Positions 7,026 to 14,633 of a stretch of 19,223 nt of DNA are shown piece by piece; the stretch's first letter is position 1, and the number at the start of each line of letters is the position of its first letter. The translations under genes were made by a program, and so were the position numbers. Source of the stretch: Anaeromyxobacteraceae bacterium (GTDB taxonomy: Bacteria; Myxococcota; Myxococcia; Myxococcales; Anaeromyxobacteraceae); NCBI GenBank assembly GCA_036555405.1, contig DATBLK010000092.1, positions 1-19,223 on the forward strand, given 5' to 3'. The notes under the pieces are model-generated. The model was given only the letters and a program-made list of their open reading frames with translations. It was not told the origin of the DNA and searched no databases.

Positions 7026-8306
7026 GTGAGCCCTCCACGGGCCGCTGCGGTGGGGCGCCATCGCACACGGGGCCGGGCTCGCCCGGGCGCCGGCTGCGCC
7101 GGCCGGGCTTATCGGGCGCCGCGGGCGTGCCGATGTCCCGGCGTGGGCGTGGCATCCGCGATCGTGCTGGGAATCGACCTGGGCACGACCTACTCCACCG
7201 CCGCGGCCCTGGTCGACGGTCGGCTCCACTTCGCCGTCGACGCCCGCGGCGAGCCCTGCATCCCCAGCGTGGTGCACTTCCCGAAGAGCGGGCCGCCGCT
7301 CGTCGGCGCCGAGGCCGACCGGCTCCGGGCCACCGACCCGCACAACACCGTCTTCGGGATCAAGCGCCTCGTGGGCAGGCCGGCCGACTCGCCCTCGGCC
7401 CGGGTGCTCGACGCCTGCTCGGCATTCCGCATCAAGCCGCGGGGGACCTCCGAGGCGGCGATCGAGGTCCGCGCCGGCACCCTGGCCGCAAGCGAGGTGG
7501 CTGCCATCATCCTGCGCCACCTCCGGGAGCGCGCCGAGGCCCGCTTCGGTCGCCCCATCCGGCAGGCGGTGCTCACGGTCCCGGTCGCGGCCGGGCCGGA
7601 GGTGCGCGACGCCATGGTGCGGTGCGGCCGGATGGCGGGACTGGAGGTGCTGCGCATCGTCTCCGAGCCCTGCGCCGGCGCCCTGGCGCGGGGGGTGGGG
7701 ACCTCCGCCGCCGGCACCGCTCCGGTGCTGGTCTACGACTTCGGCGGAGGGACCTTCGACGCCACGGTGGTGCAGCGCTCCGGGCCCCAGCTCCGCGTCC
7801 TCTCCTCGGGCGGCGACGACTGCCTGGGCGGCGACGACCTCAGCCTGGCGTTCGCTCGCTTCGTCGAGGACGGCGTGTACCGCGTCCACGGCGTCCAGCT
7901 GAGCCGCGACGTCATCCTCTGGGACCGCGTCCAACGCCAGTGCGAGCTGGTGAAGCGCGCGCTCTCCACCGCGCCCGAGGCGCGGTTCCAGCTGCAGGAC
8001 GCGCTGGGCGGCGGCCGGAACCGATCGCTCGACCTCCGCTTCCACCGGGACCACCTCGCGCCGCAGTGGGACGCGCTGGTGGTGCGCTCCCTGGAGGCCG
8101 CGGCGCAGACCCTCCGGGAAGCGGACCTCGAGGCCCCCGACCTCGCCGGCGTGCTGCTCATCGGCGGCACCACCTTCGTGCCCCAGGTTCGGGCCGGCGT
8201 GGCGCGGACCTTCCCGCGCCCGTGCGTGGCCGAGGAAGACCCGCAGACCGCCGTGGCGCGCGGCGCCGCCGTTCTCGCCGCCCAGCCGGCGCTGCTCGCC
8301 GCCTGA
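7026..8306 (+). CDS. Hsp70-family actin-like ATPase with nucleotide-binding domain only (YegD-like; no substrate-binding domain)
   Basis: Hsp70 NBD signatures are present: IVLGIDLGTTYSTAA (phosphate-1), VYDFGGGTFDATVV (DxGGGTFD), SEPCAGALA (NEPTAAALA-like), LLIGGTTFVPQVR (adenosine motif) and the NBD C-terminal EDPQTAVARGAAVLAA. The ORF stops right after the NBD. The true start is uncertain: GTG 7026 gives a 39-aa Arg/Cys-rich leader, while GTG at 7143 or 7149 immediately precedes the conserved core. Confidence 0.75.
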   Translation: MSPPRAAAVGRHRTRGRARPGAGCAGRAYRAPRACRCPGVGVASAIVLGIDLGTTYSTAAALVDGRLHFAVDARGEPCIPSVVHFPKSGPPLVGAEADRLRATDPHNTVFGIKRLVGRPADSPSARVLDACSAFRIKPRGTSEAAIEVRAGTLAASEVAAIILRHLRERAEARFGRPIRQAVLTVPVAAGPEVRDAMVRCGRMAGLEVLRIVSEPCAGALARGVGTSAAGTAPVLVYDFGGGTFDATVVQRSGPQLRVLSSGGDDCLGGDDLSLAFARFVEDGVYRVHGVQLSRDVILWDRVQRQCELVKRALSTAPEARFQLQDALGGGRNRSLDLRFHRDHLAPQWDALVVRSLEAAAQTLREADLEAPDLAGVLLIGGTTFVPQVRAGVARTFPRPCVAEEDPQTAVARGAAVLAAQPALLAA

Positions 8307-8417
8307 GCTCCCCCTCGCCGGGGTCCCATCTCGCCGGCGCGCCGGGTGTATGGTCGCGAGGATCGGCGGTACCGGCCGAGGCGCGGGTGGTCCATCTGCG
8401 GGCCCGGAGGCGCGACC

Positions 8418-10163
8418 GTGCACCGTGTGGAGGAACGCGAGGGCGTCGCCGAACAGGCGTCGATCCTGGCCTGGGCCCTGGCGGTCGGCGCGCTGGGGAG
8501 CGCGCCGGCGCTCGCGTTCCGCTGGGCGGCGAGCGCTCTCCCGGACCTGGTCTGGCCCGGAGCTCCGGACCTGGTCCAGGCGGTGGCGCGGGCGCCGGCG
8601 GCCCTGCGCATCGCCGTGCCGACCCTGGGCCTGCTCCTGGCAGGCCTGGTGCTGGTGGCGGGGGAGCGAGCCGGCGCCGGCCGCGGCTGGGACATCCTGG
8701 AGGCCGTCCGCCTCCGCGACGGAGTGCTGCCGCTGCGCGCCACGCTGGTGCGGGCCGCCTCCTCGCTCGTCACCGTCGCCTCGGCGGGGCCGGTGGGTCG
8801 CGAAGGGGCCATCGTGCTGCTCCCGGCGGCCCTGGGCTCGGCCCTGGGCCGGCGGGCGCGGCTGCCGCCGCGCCGGCTGCGGCTGCTCGTCGCCTGCGGG
8901 GCTGCCGCCGGTCTCGCCTGCGCCTACAACACGCCGCTCGGGGCGGCTCTCTTCACCATGGAGATCGTGTTCGGGACCTTCTCGCTGGAGGCGCTGGCGC
9001 CGCTGGTGGTGGCCTCGGCGACCGGGACGCTCCTCGCCCGCCACCTCTTCGGCCCGGCGCCGGTCTTCGAGCTGCCGCCGCTCGTCCTCGGCAGCGCCGG
9101 AGAGGTGGCGGCAGTGGCGCTGCTGGGCGTGCTGGCGGGGCTGGGCGCCTCGGCCTTCCTCGGGGCGCTGCGCGCGGCGGGGGCGCTGTGGAGGCGCGCC
9201 CGCCTGCCGCGTCCCGCCTCGATGGCCCTCGCCGGCCTCGCGGTGGGCGCCGCGGTCCTCGCCTACCCCGAGGTGGTCGGCAACGGGCGCGAGGCGATCG
9301 CCGACCTCTTCCGCTCCCCGGTTGCCCCGTCTCACGCGCTCGCGCTCCTGGGGCTGCGGCTCGTCCTCACGCCCCTGGCCGTCGGCGCGGGGACGGTGGG
9401 CGGCGTCTTCACGCCCACCCTGTTCCTGGGCGCCATGCTGGGGAGCGCCTTCGGGGCGGGGGTGCAAGCGCTCCTCCCGTCGGCCGGGGCCGACCCGCGC
9501 GCCTGGGCCGTCGTCGGCATGGGGGCGTTCCTCGCCGGAACGACCCATGCCCCCCTCACCGCGGTGGTGATGGTCTTCGAGATGACGCTCGACTACGGGG
9601 TGGCGGTGCCACTGCTCGTGGGGGCGGCGCTCGCGGCCGTGGTGGCGACCCGGCTTGCGCGCGCGTCGGTCTACACCGAGGCGCTCTCGCGCGCCGGTGC
9701 CCCCCCCGGGCCCGCGGCCGCGGGGCGGGACCGCGTGCGGGACGTCATGGCCGCCGAGCACATCGCGGTGCCGCCCGACCTGCCGCTTCCCGAGGTGCTG
9801 TCGCGGCTCCTGGCCGCGCGGCGCAACCACCTCTACGTCGCCGACGATGCCGGGCGCTTTCTCGGCGCCGTGAGCCTCCACGACGCGACCCGCATCGCGG
9901 GCGAGGCGCCCGATCCCTCCGCCTTCGCCGCGGCCGACGTCATGAACCGGCGCTTCGAGGCCACCTTCCCGGACGAGTCGCTCGAGCGAGTGCTGGACCG
10001 GTTCGGCCGCCAGTCCTGCGAGCGCCTCCCGGTGCTCGACGGCCCGAGGTCGCGCCGCCTCCTGGGCACGGCCTCGAAGCGGGACATCCTCGCGCTCTAC
10101 GCCCGCGCGCTCGTCGCCGGCCCGCCCGCGGGGCCGGACGGCGCGGCACCGGGCAAGGCCTGA
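8418..10163 (+). CDS. ClC-family chloride channel / H+-Cl- antiporter with C-terminal CBS-domain pair
   Basis: ClC signature motifs are present: GREGAIVLLPAALGS (GxEGP-type selectivity segment), GAALFTMEIVFG and GGVFTPTLFLGAMLG (GxFxP), with many TM helices. The C-terminal part (…VRDVMAAEHIAVPPD…LYVADDAGRFLGAVSLHD…VMNRRFEATFPDESLERVLD…LPVLDGPRSRRLLGTASKRDI) looks like two CBS motifs. The start is set at GTG 8418, preceded by GGAGG at 8406-8410. The in-frame 8346 is an alternative. Confidence 0.8.
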   Translation: MHRVEEREGVAEQASILAWALAVGALGSAPALAFRWAASALPDLVWPGAPDLVQAVARAPAALRIAVPTLGLLLAGLVLVAGERAGAGRGWDILEAVRLRDGVLPLRATLVRAASSLVTVASAGPVGREGAIVLLPAALGSALGRRARLPPRRLRLLVACGAAAGLACAYNTPLGAALFTMEIVFGTFSLEALAPLVVASATGTLLARHLFGPAPVFELPPLVLGSAGEVAAVALLGVLAGLGASAFLGALRAAGALWRRARLPRPASMALAGLAVGAAVLAYPEVVGNGREAIADLFRSPVAPSHALALLGLRLVLTPLAVGAGTVGGVFTPTLFLGAMLGSAFGAGVQALLPSAGADPRAWAVVGMGAFLAGTTHAPLTAVVMVFEMTLDYGVAVPLLVGAALAAVVATRLARASVYTEALSRAGAPPGPAAAGRDRVRDVMAAEHIAVPPDLPLPEVLSRLLAARRNHLYVADDAGRFLGAVSLHDATRIAGEAPDPSAFAAADVMNRRFEATFPDESLERVLDRFGRQSCERLPVLDGPRSRRLLGTASKRDILALYARALVAGPPAGPDGAAPGKA

Positions 10164-10196
10164 GAGGCCGGAGCCGCCGTCGGCCCGGCACCGCCC

Positions 10197-10556
10197 TCAG
10201 ATCGCCTTGAGCGTGAGGAGGAAGCGGCGGCGGGCCCCGCTGATGCTGAGCCATTCCACCCGTTTCGACTCCTGGTAGAGGCCGCGCCCCTCGACGAGGT
10301 AGACCGGCCCCGCGCTCGGAACGGCGCCGTCCTCCACACGCAGGGCGAGGACGTCGCCCTGCTCGGCCACGATCGCGGCCTGGAAGTCCGGAGGCGCCGC
10401 CGCCCCGCGAGCCAGGGCCGCGTCCGCCCCGGGGCGGTCGTCCGGGTCGCATTCCCAGATGCCCACGGCAAGCTTCAGGTCCACGGTGGCGGCATCGTAC
10501 GGCGACGCGCGGACTTCCGCTGTGCCATCATCCCATGGCCCGCGATCGGTCGACAC
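10197..10556 (-). CDS. Small cupin-like protein (possibly DUF861/cupin_3-type), about 119 aa
   Basis: The ORF reads VSTDRGPWDDGTAEV…AVGIWECDPDDRPG…DVLALRVEDG…VYLVEGRGLYQESKRVEWLSISGARRRFLLTLKAI. It has beta-rich cupin-like composition and a G(I/V)WEC motif that I recall from DUF861 cupins. The start is uncertain: GTG at 10556 is my guess, and the frame stays open upstream into the UbiA gene region. It is convergent with the ClC gene. Confidence 0.4.
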   Translation of the reverse strand: MSTDRGPWDDGTAEVRASPYDAATVDLKLAVGIWECDPDDRPGADAALARGAAAPPDFQAAIVAEQGDVLALRVEDGAVPSAGPVYLVEGRGLYQESKRVEWLSISGARRRFLLTLKAI

Positions 10557-10630
10557 CGGAGCGGGGCGCCCGGAAGGCGCGTGCGTGGGACGGCGGCGCG
10601 ACGGCGCTTGACGACGGCCAGGCCGGGGCC

Positions 10631-10653
10631 GGCCGTCGGTCCGGCCGACGGCC
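10631..10653 (-). terminator. GC-rich hairpin (9-bp stem GGCCGTCGG / CCGACGGCC, 5-nt loop) 35 nt downstream of the UbiA stop
   Basis: A perfect inverted repeat is visible. There is no U-tract, so if it is functional it is a non-canonical (high-GC style) terminator or an RNA-stability element. Confidence 0.25.
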
Positions 10654-10687
10654 CGGTGCAGGGGAAGATGGCGGGCCCCCGGCCCCC

Positions 10688-11695
10688 TCAGCGCGAGAGC
10701 GCGATGCCGGCCGCGAGCAGGAGGGAGTGGAGCACCGCGAGGCGGGCCATCCGCGGCGTCAGCGGCACGAGGTCCTGGCGCCGATCGCGGGTCCGGACGT
10801 CGCGGACCACTCGGTACGCGAGCGGCAGCGAGAGGAGCGACAGGAGCACCCAGGCGTCGAAGCCCAGCGCGAGCCAGAAGGCGACCGGGGCCAGGAGCGC
10901 GAACGAGACGAGCAGCGTGATCTCGGAGCGGTTCCAGCCGACGCCGCGCCGCACCGCCCCGGTCCGCCACCCCTTGGCGCGGTCGAACTCGCGGTCGCGG
11001 ATGTCGTCGATGAGCATCACGCTCGTCACGATGGCCCCGGCCGGCAGGCCGACGAGGAAGACGGGGAGCGGGAGCGACGCCAGGGCCTGCCAGGGGGAGG
11101 GGGCGCCCCGCAGCGCCGCCACCTGGATGTAGTAGATCCCGACCACCGCCACGACGCCGAACATGAGCAGGAACACCGGGTCGGCGAGGCCGCGCCGCAC
11201 GTAGGCCAGCGGGCCGACGTTGTACGCCAGGCTCGCGGCGATGCCGATGGCCCCGAAGGCGAGAACCGGAGCGCCGCCGACCCGGACCAGGTACGGGGCG
11301 GTGAGCAAGGCCAGCCCGATGCAGGCGGCGATGGCCAGGCGGAGGGTGGAGAGCTTCAGCGTCCCGTCGGCGACCGCCCGGTTGAGCTCGGGGTGCTCGG
11401 GGAGGTCGGGATGCCGGCGCAGCAGCTCGTGGTTGTCGGCGAACACCCCGGCGATGTGGATGACCCAGCTGCCGAGGAACCCGGCCAGCGCCGGCAGGGG
11501 AGCCAGGACGCGGTCGTGGATCGCGAGCCCGAGGGCGACGAGCACCGGAGCCGCCGCGGTCGGGAGGGAATGGGTCGGGTAGACGAGGAGGTCGATCCAG
11601 ATGCCGCGCGCGGACGGGGGCGTGCCCCCGACCGAGCCGGCGGCCCGGGGTCGGGAATCCGCCGGGCCGGGGGTCTGGGTGCTCGGAGCTGGCAT
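10688..11695 (-). CDS. UbiA-superfamily polyprenyltransferase, MenA-like (1,4-dihydroxy-2-naphthoate prenyltransferase-like)
   Basis: The protein has about 8-9 TM helices. The second Asp-rich motif LIDDIRDREFDRAKGWRTGAVRRG closely resembles E. coli MenA NNLRDINSDRENGKNTLVVRLG. The first-motif region is FADNHELLRRHPD. The ATG at 11695 gives an N-terminal soluble extension, MPAPSTQTPGPADSRPRAAGS…. Confidence 0.7.
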   Translation of the reverse strand: MPAPSTQTPGPADSRPRAAGSVGGTPPSARGIWIDLLVYPTHSLPTAAAPVLVALGLAIHDRVLAPLPALAGFLGSWVIHIAGVFADNHELLRRHPDLPEHPELNRAVADGTLKLSTLRLAIAACIGLALLTAPYLVRVGGAPVLAFGAIGIAASLAYNVGPLAYVRRGLADPVFLLMFGVVAVVGIYYIQVAALRGAPSPWQALASLPLPVFLVGLPAGAIVTSVMLIDDIRDREFDRAKGWRTGAVRRGVGWNRSEITLLVSFALLAPVAFWLALGFDAWVLLSLLSLPLAYRVVRDVRTRDRRQDLVPLTPRMARLAVLHSLLLAAGIALSR

Positions 11696-11731
11696 CGTGC
11701 CTCGCGACCGCGGGATCCGTGGAGCGACGGA

Positions 11732-12433
11732 TTGTTAGACTCTCCGCCGGGCCTGCGGCAAGGGGTTCGCGGGGGGCCGGGTCTCACCCGAGGGAGTCGC
11801 GCCATCGTCATCCGGATCGAGGAGCGGTTCGCCGTGGAGGCGCCGGTCGAGGAGGTGTGGGACTTCCTCGTCGACCCGCGCCGGGTGGTGGGATGCGTGC
11901 CCGGCGGCGAGCTGGACGCGGTCCTGGACGAGCGGGTCTTCGACGGCAGGGTCAGGGTCGACGTCGGGGCGTGGACGATGGCCTACCGGGGGCGCGTCCG
12001 GCTCGCCGAGGTGGACGTCGCGGCGCGAAGCGTGAGGATCGTCGGCCAGGCGCTGGAGAGCGCGGGGGCCGGCTCGGCCCGGTTGACGCTCGACAGCTCG
12101 CTCACCGCCCTCCCCGGCGGGCGGACGGGGGTGGCGGTCCACGCCCGCGTGGAGATGGCGGGGGGGATCGTCCGGCCGTGGCGCGGCCTGCTCGACCACG
12201 TGGCGCGCCAGGTCTTCCAGCAGTTCACGGCCAGCGTCCGCGCCGCCGCCGGGAGACCGGCGGTCCCGGGTGCGGCGCCGGCGCAGGCGGGGCGACGGGA
12301 GCCCCTGCGCGCGATCCCGCTCCTCGCCCGGGCGCTGCGGGCCTGGGTGGCCGGGCTCGTCCGGCCGCGGCGGAGCGGAAGCCGGGCCGGGAAGTCCTCG
12401 GCCGGGAGCGAGGGCGGCCCGCCCCGGGGGTGA
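11732..12433 (+). CDS. SRPBCC-family protein, CoxG-like (carbon-monoxide dehydrogenase subunit G / polyketide_cyc2-like) with a low-complexity Arg/Ala-rich C-terminal tail
   Basis: The core IRIEERFAVEAPVEEVWDFLVDPRRVVGCVPG…RVRVDVGAWTMAYRGRVRLAEVD…LTLDSSLTALPGG…VEMAGGIVRPWRGLLDHVARQVFQQFTASVRAAAG matches the typical CoxG N-terminus and fold length. No ATG or GTG lies near the conserved N-terminus. The start is tentatively TTG 11732, with GGAG 7 nt upstream. Only the C-terminal third of the track ORF 10535..12433 is real. Confidence 0.6.
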   Translation: MLDSPPGLRQGVRGGPGLTRGSRAIVIRIEERFAVEAPVEEVWDFLVDPRRVVGCVPGGELDAVLDERVFDGRVRVDVGAWTMAYRGRVRLAEVDVAARSVRIVGQALESAGAGSARLTLDSSLTALPGGRTGVAVHARVEMAGGIVRPWRGLLDHVARQVFQQFTASVRAAAGRPAVPGAAPAQAGRREPLRAIPLLARALRAWVAGLVRPRRSGSRAGKSSAGSEGGPPRG

Positions 12434-12484
12434 GCCGTGCCGCGGGGCGCCGCGGCCGCTATGCTCCCCGGCCGGGAGTCCGCC

Positions 12485-13339
12485 ATGAGGGAACGGGGCC
12501 TGCTGGACGTGGTGACGCCGGTCGCGGTCAGCGACGGCGCAGGGGTCCGCCTGAAGCGCAGCATCGCCACCGAGCGGCTCGACCACCTGGACCCGTTCTT
12601 CCTCTTCGACCACTTCGGCTCGGAGAACGCGGACGACTACCTGGCGGGATTCCCCATGCACCCGCACCGCGGGATCGAGACCGTGACCTACATGCTCGAC
12701 GGGAGCGTGGCGCACCGGGACAGCCTGGGGAACGCCGGGGTCATCGGCGCCGGCGACGTGCAGTGGATGACGGCCGGGAGCGGCATCCTGCACGAGGAGA
12801 TGCCCCGGGCCGGGCCGCGGCGCCTCGACGGCTTCCAGCTGTGGGTGAACCTCCCCGCCCGCCTCAAGATGACGAAGCCGCGCTACCAGGACGTCCCCGC
12901 GGCCAGCATCCCCGAGGTCGGGCGGACCGGTGGTGCGCGCGTCCGGGTGGTGGCGGGCGAGGTCGACGGCGCGCCGGGCGCCGTCCGCGAGATCTTCGCA
13001 GGGCCCACCTACCTCGACGTGGCGCTGCCCGCCGGGCGGACCTTCGAGCAGCCCGTGGCGCGCGGCCACACCGCGCTCCTCTACGTGTTCCAGGGGAAGG
13101 TCGCCCTGGGCGGTGCCGCGCCGGGAGCCACGGAGGTGGCGGCGCCGCGGCTCGCGATCCTGGGGGACGGCGACGTGGTCCGGGTCCACGCCGCCGGCGC
13201 CCCGGCGCGCTTCCTGCTGCTCGCGGCCCAGCCGCTCGGGGAGCCGGTCGCGCGGTACGGGCCGTTCGTCATGAACACGCGCGAGGAGATCGCCCAGGCG
13301 CTGCACGAGCTCCGCGAGGGGACCTTCATCAAGGGCTAG
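12485..13339 (+). CDS. Pirin-family bicupin protein (quercetin 2,3-dioxygenase-like)
   Basis: The pirin metal-binding signature FPMHPHRGIETVTYMLDGSVAHRDSLGN is present. The C-terminal cupin carries GPFVMNTREEIAQALHELREG. The start is ATG 12485 (MRERGLLDVV…). Upstream in-frame ATGs at 12437 and 12461 are alternatives. Confidence 0.85.
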   Translation: MRERGLLDVVTPVAVSDGAGVRLKRSIATERLDHLDPFFLFDHFGSENADDYLAGFPMHPHRGIETVTYMLDGSVAHRDSLGNAGVIGAGDVQWMTAGSGILHEEMPRAGPRRLDGFQLWVNLPARLKMTKPRYQDVPAASIPEVGRTGGARVRVVAGEVDGAPGAVREIFAGPTYLDVALPAGRTFEQPVARGHTALLYVFQGKVALGGAAPGATEVAAPRLAILGDGDVVRVHAAGAPARFLLLAAQPLGEPVARYGPFVMNTREEIAQALHELREGTFIKG

Positions 13340-14633
13340 GGACGTCCTCGTGGCGTTCCCGAGCCTCGCGGAAGCTGCAGCGCGGGTGGCGGAAGTACTC
13401 GACGAGCCCGCTGACGCCCTCGAGGAGCCCCGGGACCCGGTCCCGCCGATCGAGCGTGGGGTCGGTCACCCGTCCGCGGTGCCGCCGCAGCCAGGAGCGC
13501 CAGCGGCGCGCCTCCTCGCCGGTGAGGCCGCCCGCCAGGCGGGAGGCCCGCAGGAAGGGCTCGAAGCGGGCCCGATGGCAGTAGATGCGCGTGGACCGCT
13601 CCGCGACCGACCTCCGCCCGTCGGCGACGGCGCGGAGCAGGGCCGGCCCGTCGCCGACCGCCGCGAGGTAGGCGAGGAGCGGAACGTCCATGCCGCGGTC
13701 CACGTCGAAGGCCGCCTGGCCGTAGAGCCGGGGGTTGAAGTCGATGAGGAGGGGGCGTTCCGCCGGGCCGAGGAACTCCACCTCGAAGACCCCGTGGTAG
13801 CCGATCTGGCGGCACAGGGCCCGCAGCTTCTCGGCGAGCTCCGGCCGCAGCGGGGCGTCCTCGAAGCACAGGCCGACCCCGAGGCGGCGGGGCTTCTGCA
13901 GCACCTTCCGGCTGGCCGCCACGACGAACAGGTCGCCCGTCCGGTCGACGAATCCGCTCAGTCCGTAGATCCCCTCGCTGCCCCAGGAGACGTACTGTTG
14001 CAGCATGGGCCGGTCGACGGCCGCGTCGTGCTCGGCGAGGATGGCCGCGTGGCGCGCCGCCGCCCGGAAGGCGGAGTACCGGCCCAGCAGCGCCTCGGGC
14101 GCGGCGACGAGCGCCCCCTTGGACTGCGGGGCGAGGAAGGCCTGCGACTGGGGCTTGATCAGGATCGGGAACGGCAGGTCCGGCCGGAGGCGCTCCACCT
14201 CCGCGGCGTCGGACGGCACCCAGGTGCGCGGCGAGGCGATGCCCGCCCCCCGGCACGCCACCTCCAGGCGCCGCTTGTTGAGGGTCGCGTCGACCGCCTC
14301 CAGCAGGGGCCCATCGATGCGGAAGTGCCTGGCGAGGTCGCTCCGGAAGCGGGCCAGCAACCAGGCCATGCCGTCGCTGGTGGGGCAGAGGGCCTGACCC
14401 GGCTCCTTCCGCCCGAGGTCGAGCAGCCACTCGACGAACTGCTCGGGCCGCCGCTCCGCGTCGGGACAGCGGAGCGTCCGCGCGGCGAAGCGCGACCAGG
14501 AGGCGGCCTGGAACCGCCGGGCGTCGGCGACCGTGACCCGCACGCCGGCCCGGCCGAGGGATCGAACGGCGGCCAGGGTGCCGCCGTAGCCGGCCATGGT
14601 CAGGAGGACCGGGGGCCGCCGCGAGCCGGTCAC
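13329..14633 (-). CDS. ATP-grasp family carboxylate-amine ligase
   Basis: ATP-grasp hallmarks are present: …RRLEVACRGAGIASPRTWV…PFPILIKPQSQ… (lysine-containing strand), GIYGLSGFVDRTGDLFVV and VFEVEFLGPAERPLLIDFNPR (E-x-N catalytic loop). The GTG start at 14633 overlaps the stop of the upstream decarboxylase (GTGA). The 3' end overlaps the convergent pirin gene by 11 nt. Confidence 0.8.
   Translation of the reverse strand: MTGSRRPPVLLTMAGYGGTLAAVRSLGRAGVRVTVADARRFQAASWSRFAARTLRCPDAERRPEQFVEWLLDLGRKEPGQALCPTSDGMAWLLARFRSDLARHFRIDGPLLEAVDATLNKRRLEVACRGAGIASPRTWVPSDAAEVERLRPDLPFPILIKPQSQAFLAPQSKGALVAAPEALLGRYSAFRAAARHAAILAEHDAAVDRPMLQQYVSWGSEGIYGLSGFVDRTGDLFVVAASRKVLQKPRRLGVGLCFEDAPLRPELAEKLRALCRQIGYHGVFEVEFLGPAERPLLIDFNPRLYGQAAFDVDRGMDVPLLAYLAAVGDGPALLRAVADGRRSVAERSTRIYCHRARFEPFLRASRLAGGLTGEEARRWRSWLRRHRGRVTDPTLDRRDRVPGLLEGVSGLVEYFRHPRCSFREARERHEDVPSP

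Noticed and set aside
7190-8812. Minus-strand ORFs 7190..7717 and 7733..8812 lie antisense to the Hsp70-like and ClC genes.
   Set aside because: They are Ser/Arg/Ala/Thr-rich low-complexity antisense shadows.
8350-9570. A 406-aa + strand ORF is offset by one frame from the ClC gene.
   Set aside because: The translation is Arg/Trp/Pro/Ser-rich nonsense, whereas the ClC frame shows the GxEGP and GxFxP motifs.
5781-10210. Giant ORFs 5781..9881 (-, 1366 aa) and 6197..10210 (+, 1337 aa) span several genes.
   Set aside because: Both are GC artefacts. Their translations are Arg/Gly/Pro/Ala-rich homopolymer-like with no domain signatures. The SPFH, Hsp70-NBD and ClC genes are identified in other frames.
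10535-11731. The N-terminal two-thirds of track ORF 10535..12433 (+), plus ORFs 10581..11132, 11220..11582 and 11356..11811.
   Set aside because: They overlap the clearly genuine - strand UbiA/MenA-like gene. They are acidic/Arg-rich low-complexity. Only the CoxG-like C-terminal part, from about 11732, carries a fold signature.
12434-12484. The palindromic CCGCGG…CCGCGG sits in the CoxG/pirin spacer.
   Set aside because: The stem is only 6 bp and is made of a self-complementary hexamer that is common at this GC content. That is not enough to call a regulatory element.
11719-13584. ORFs 11719..13584 (+, 621 aa), 11735..13306 (-, 523 aa) and 11983..12570 (-) lie over the CoxG and pirin genes.
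   Set aside because: These shadow frames contain Arg/Gly/Pro homopolymeric runs. The CoxG-like and pirin signatures are in a different + frame.
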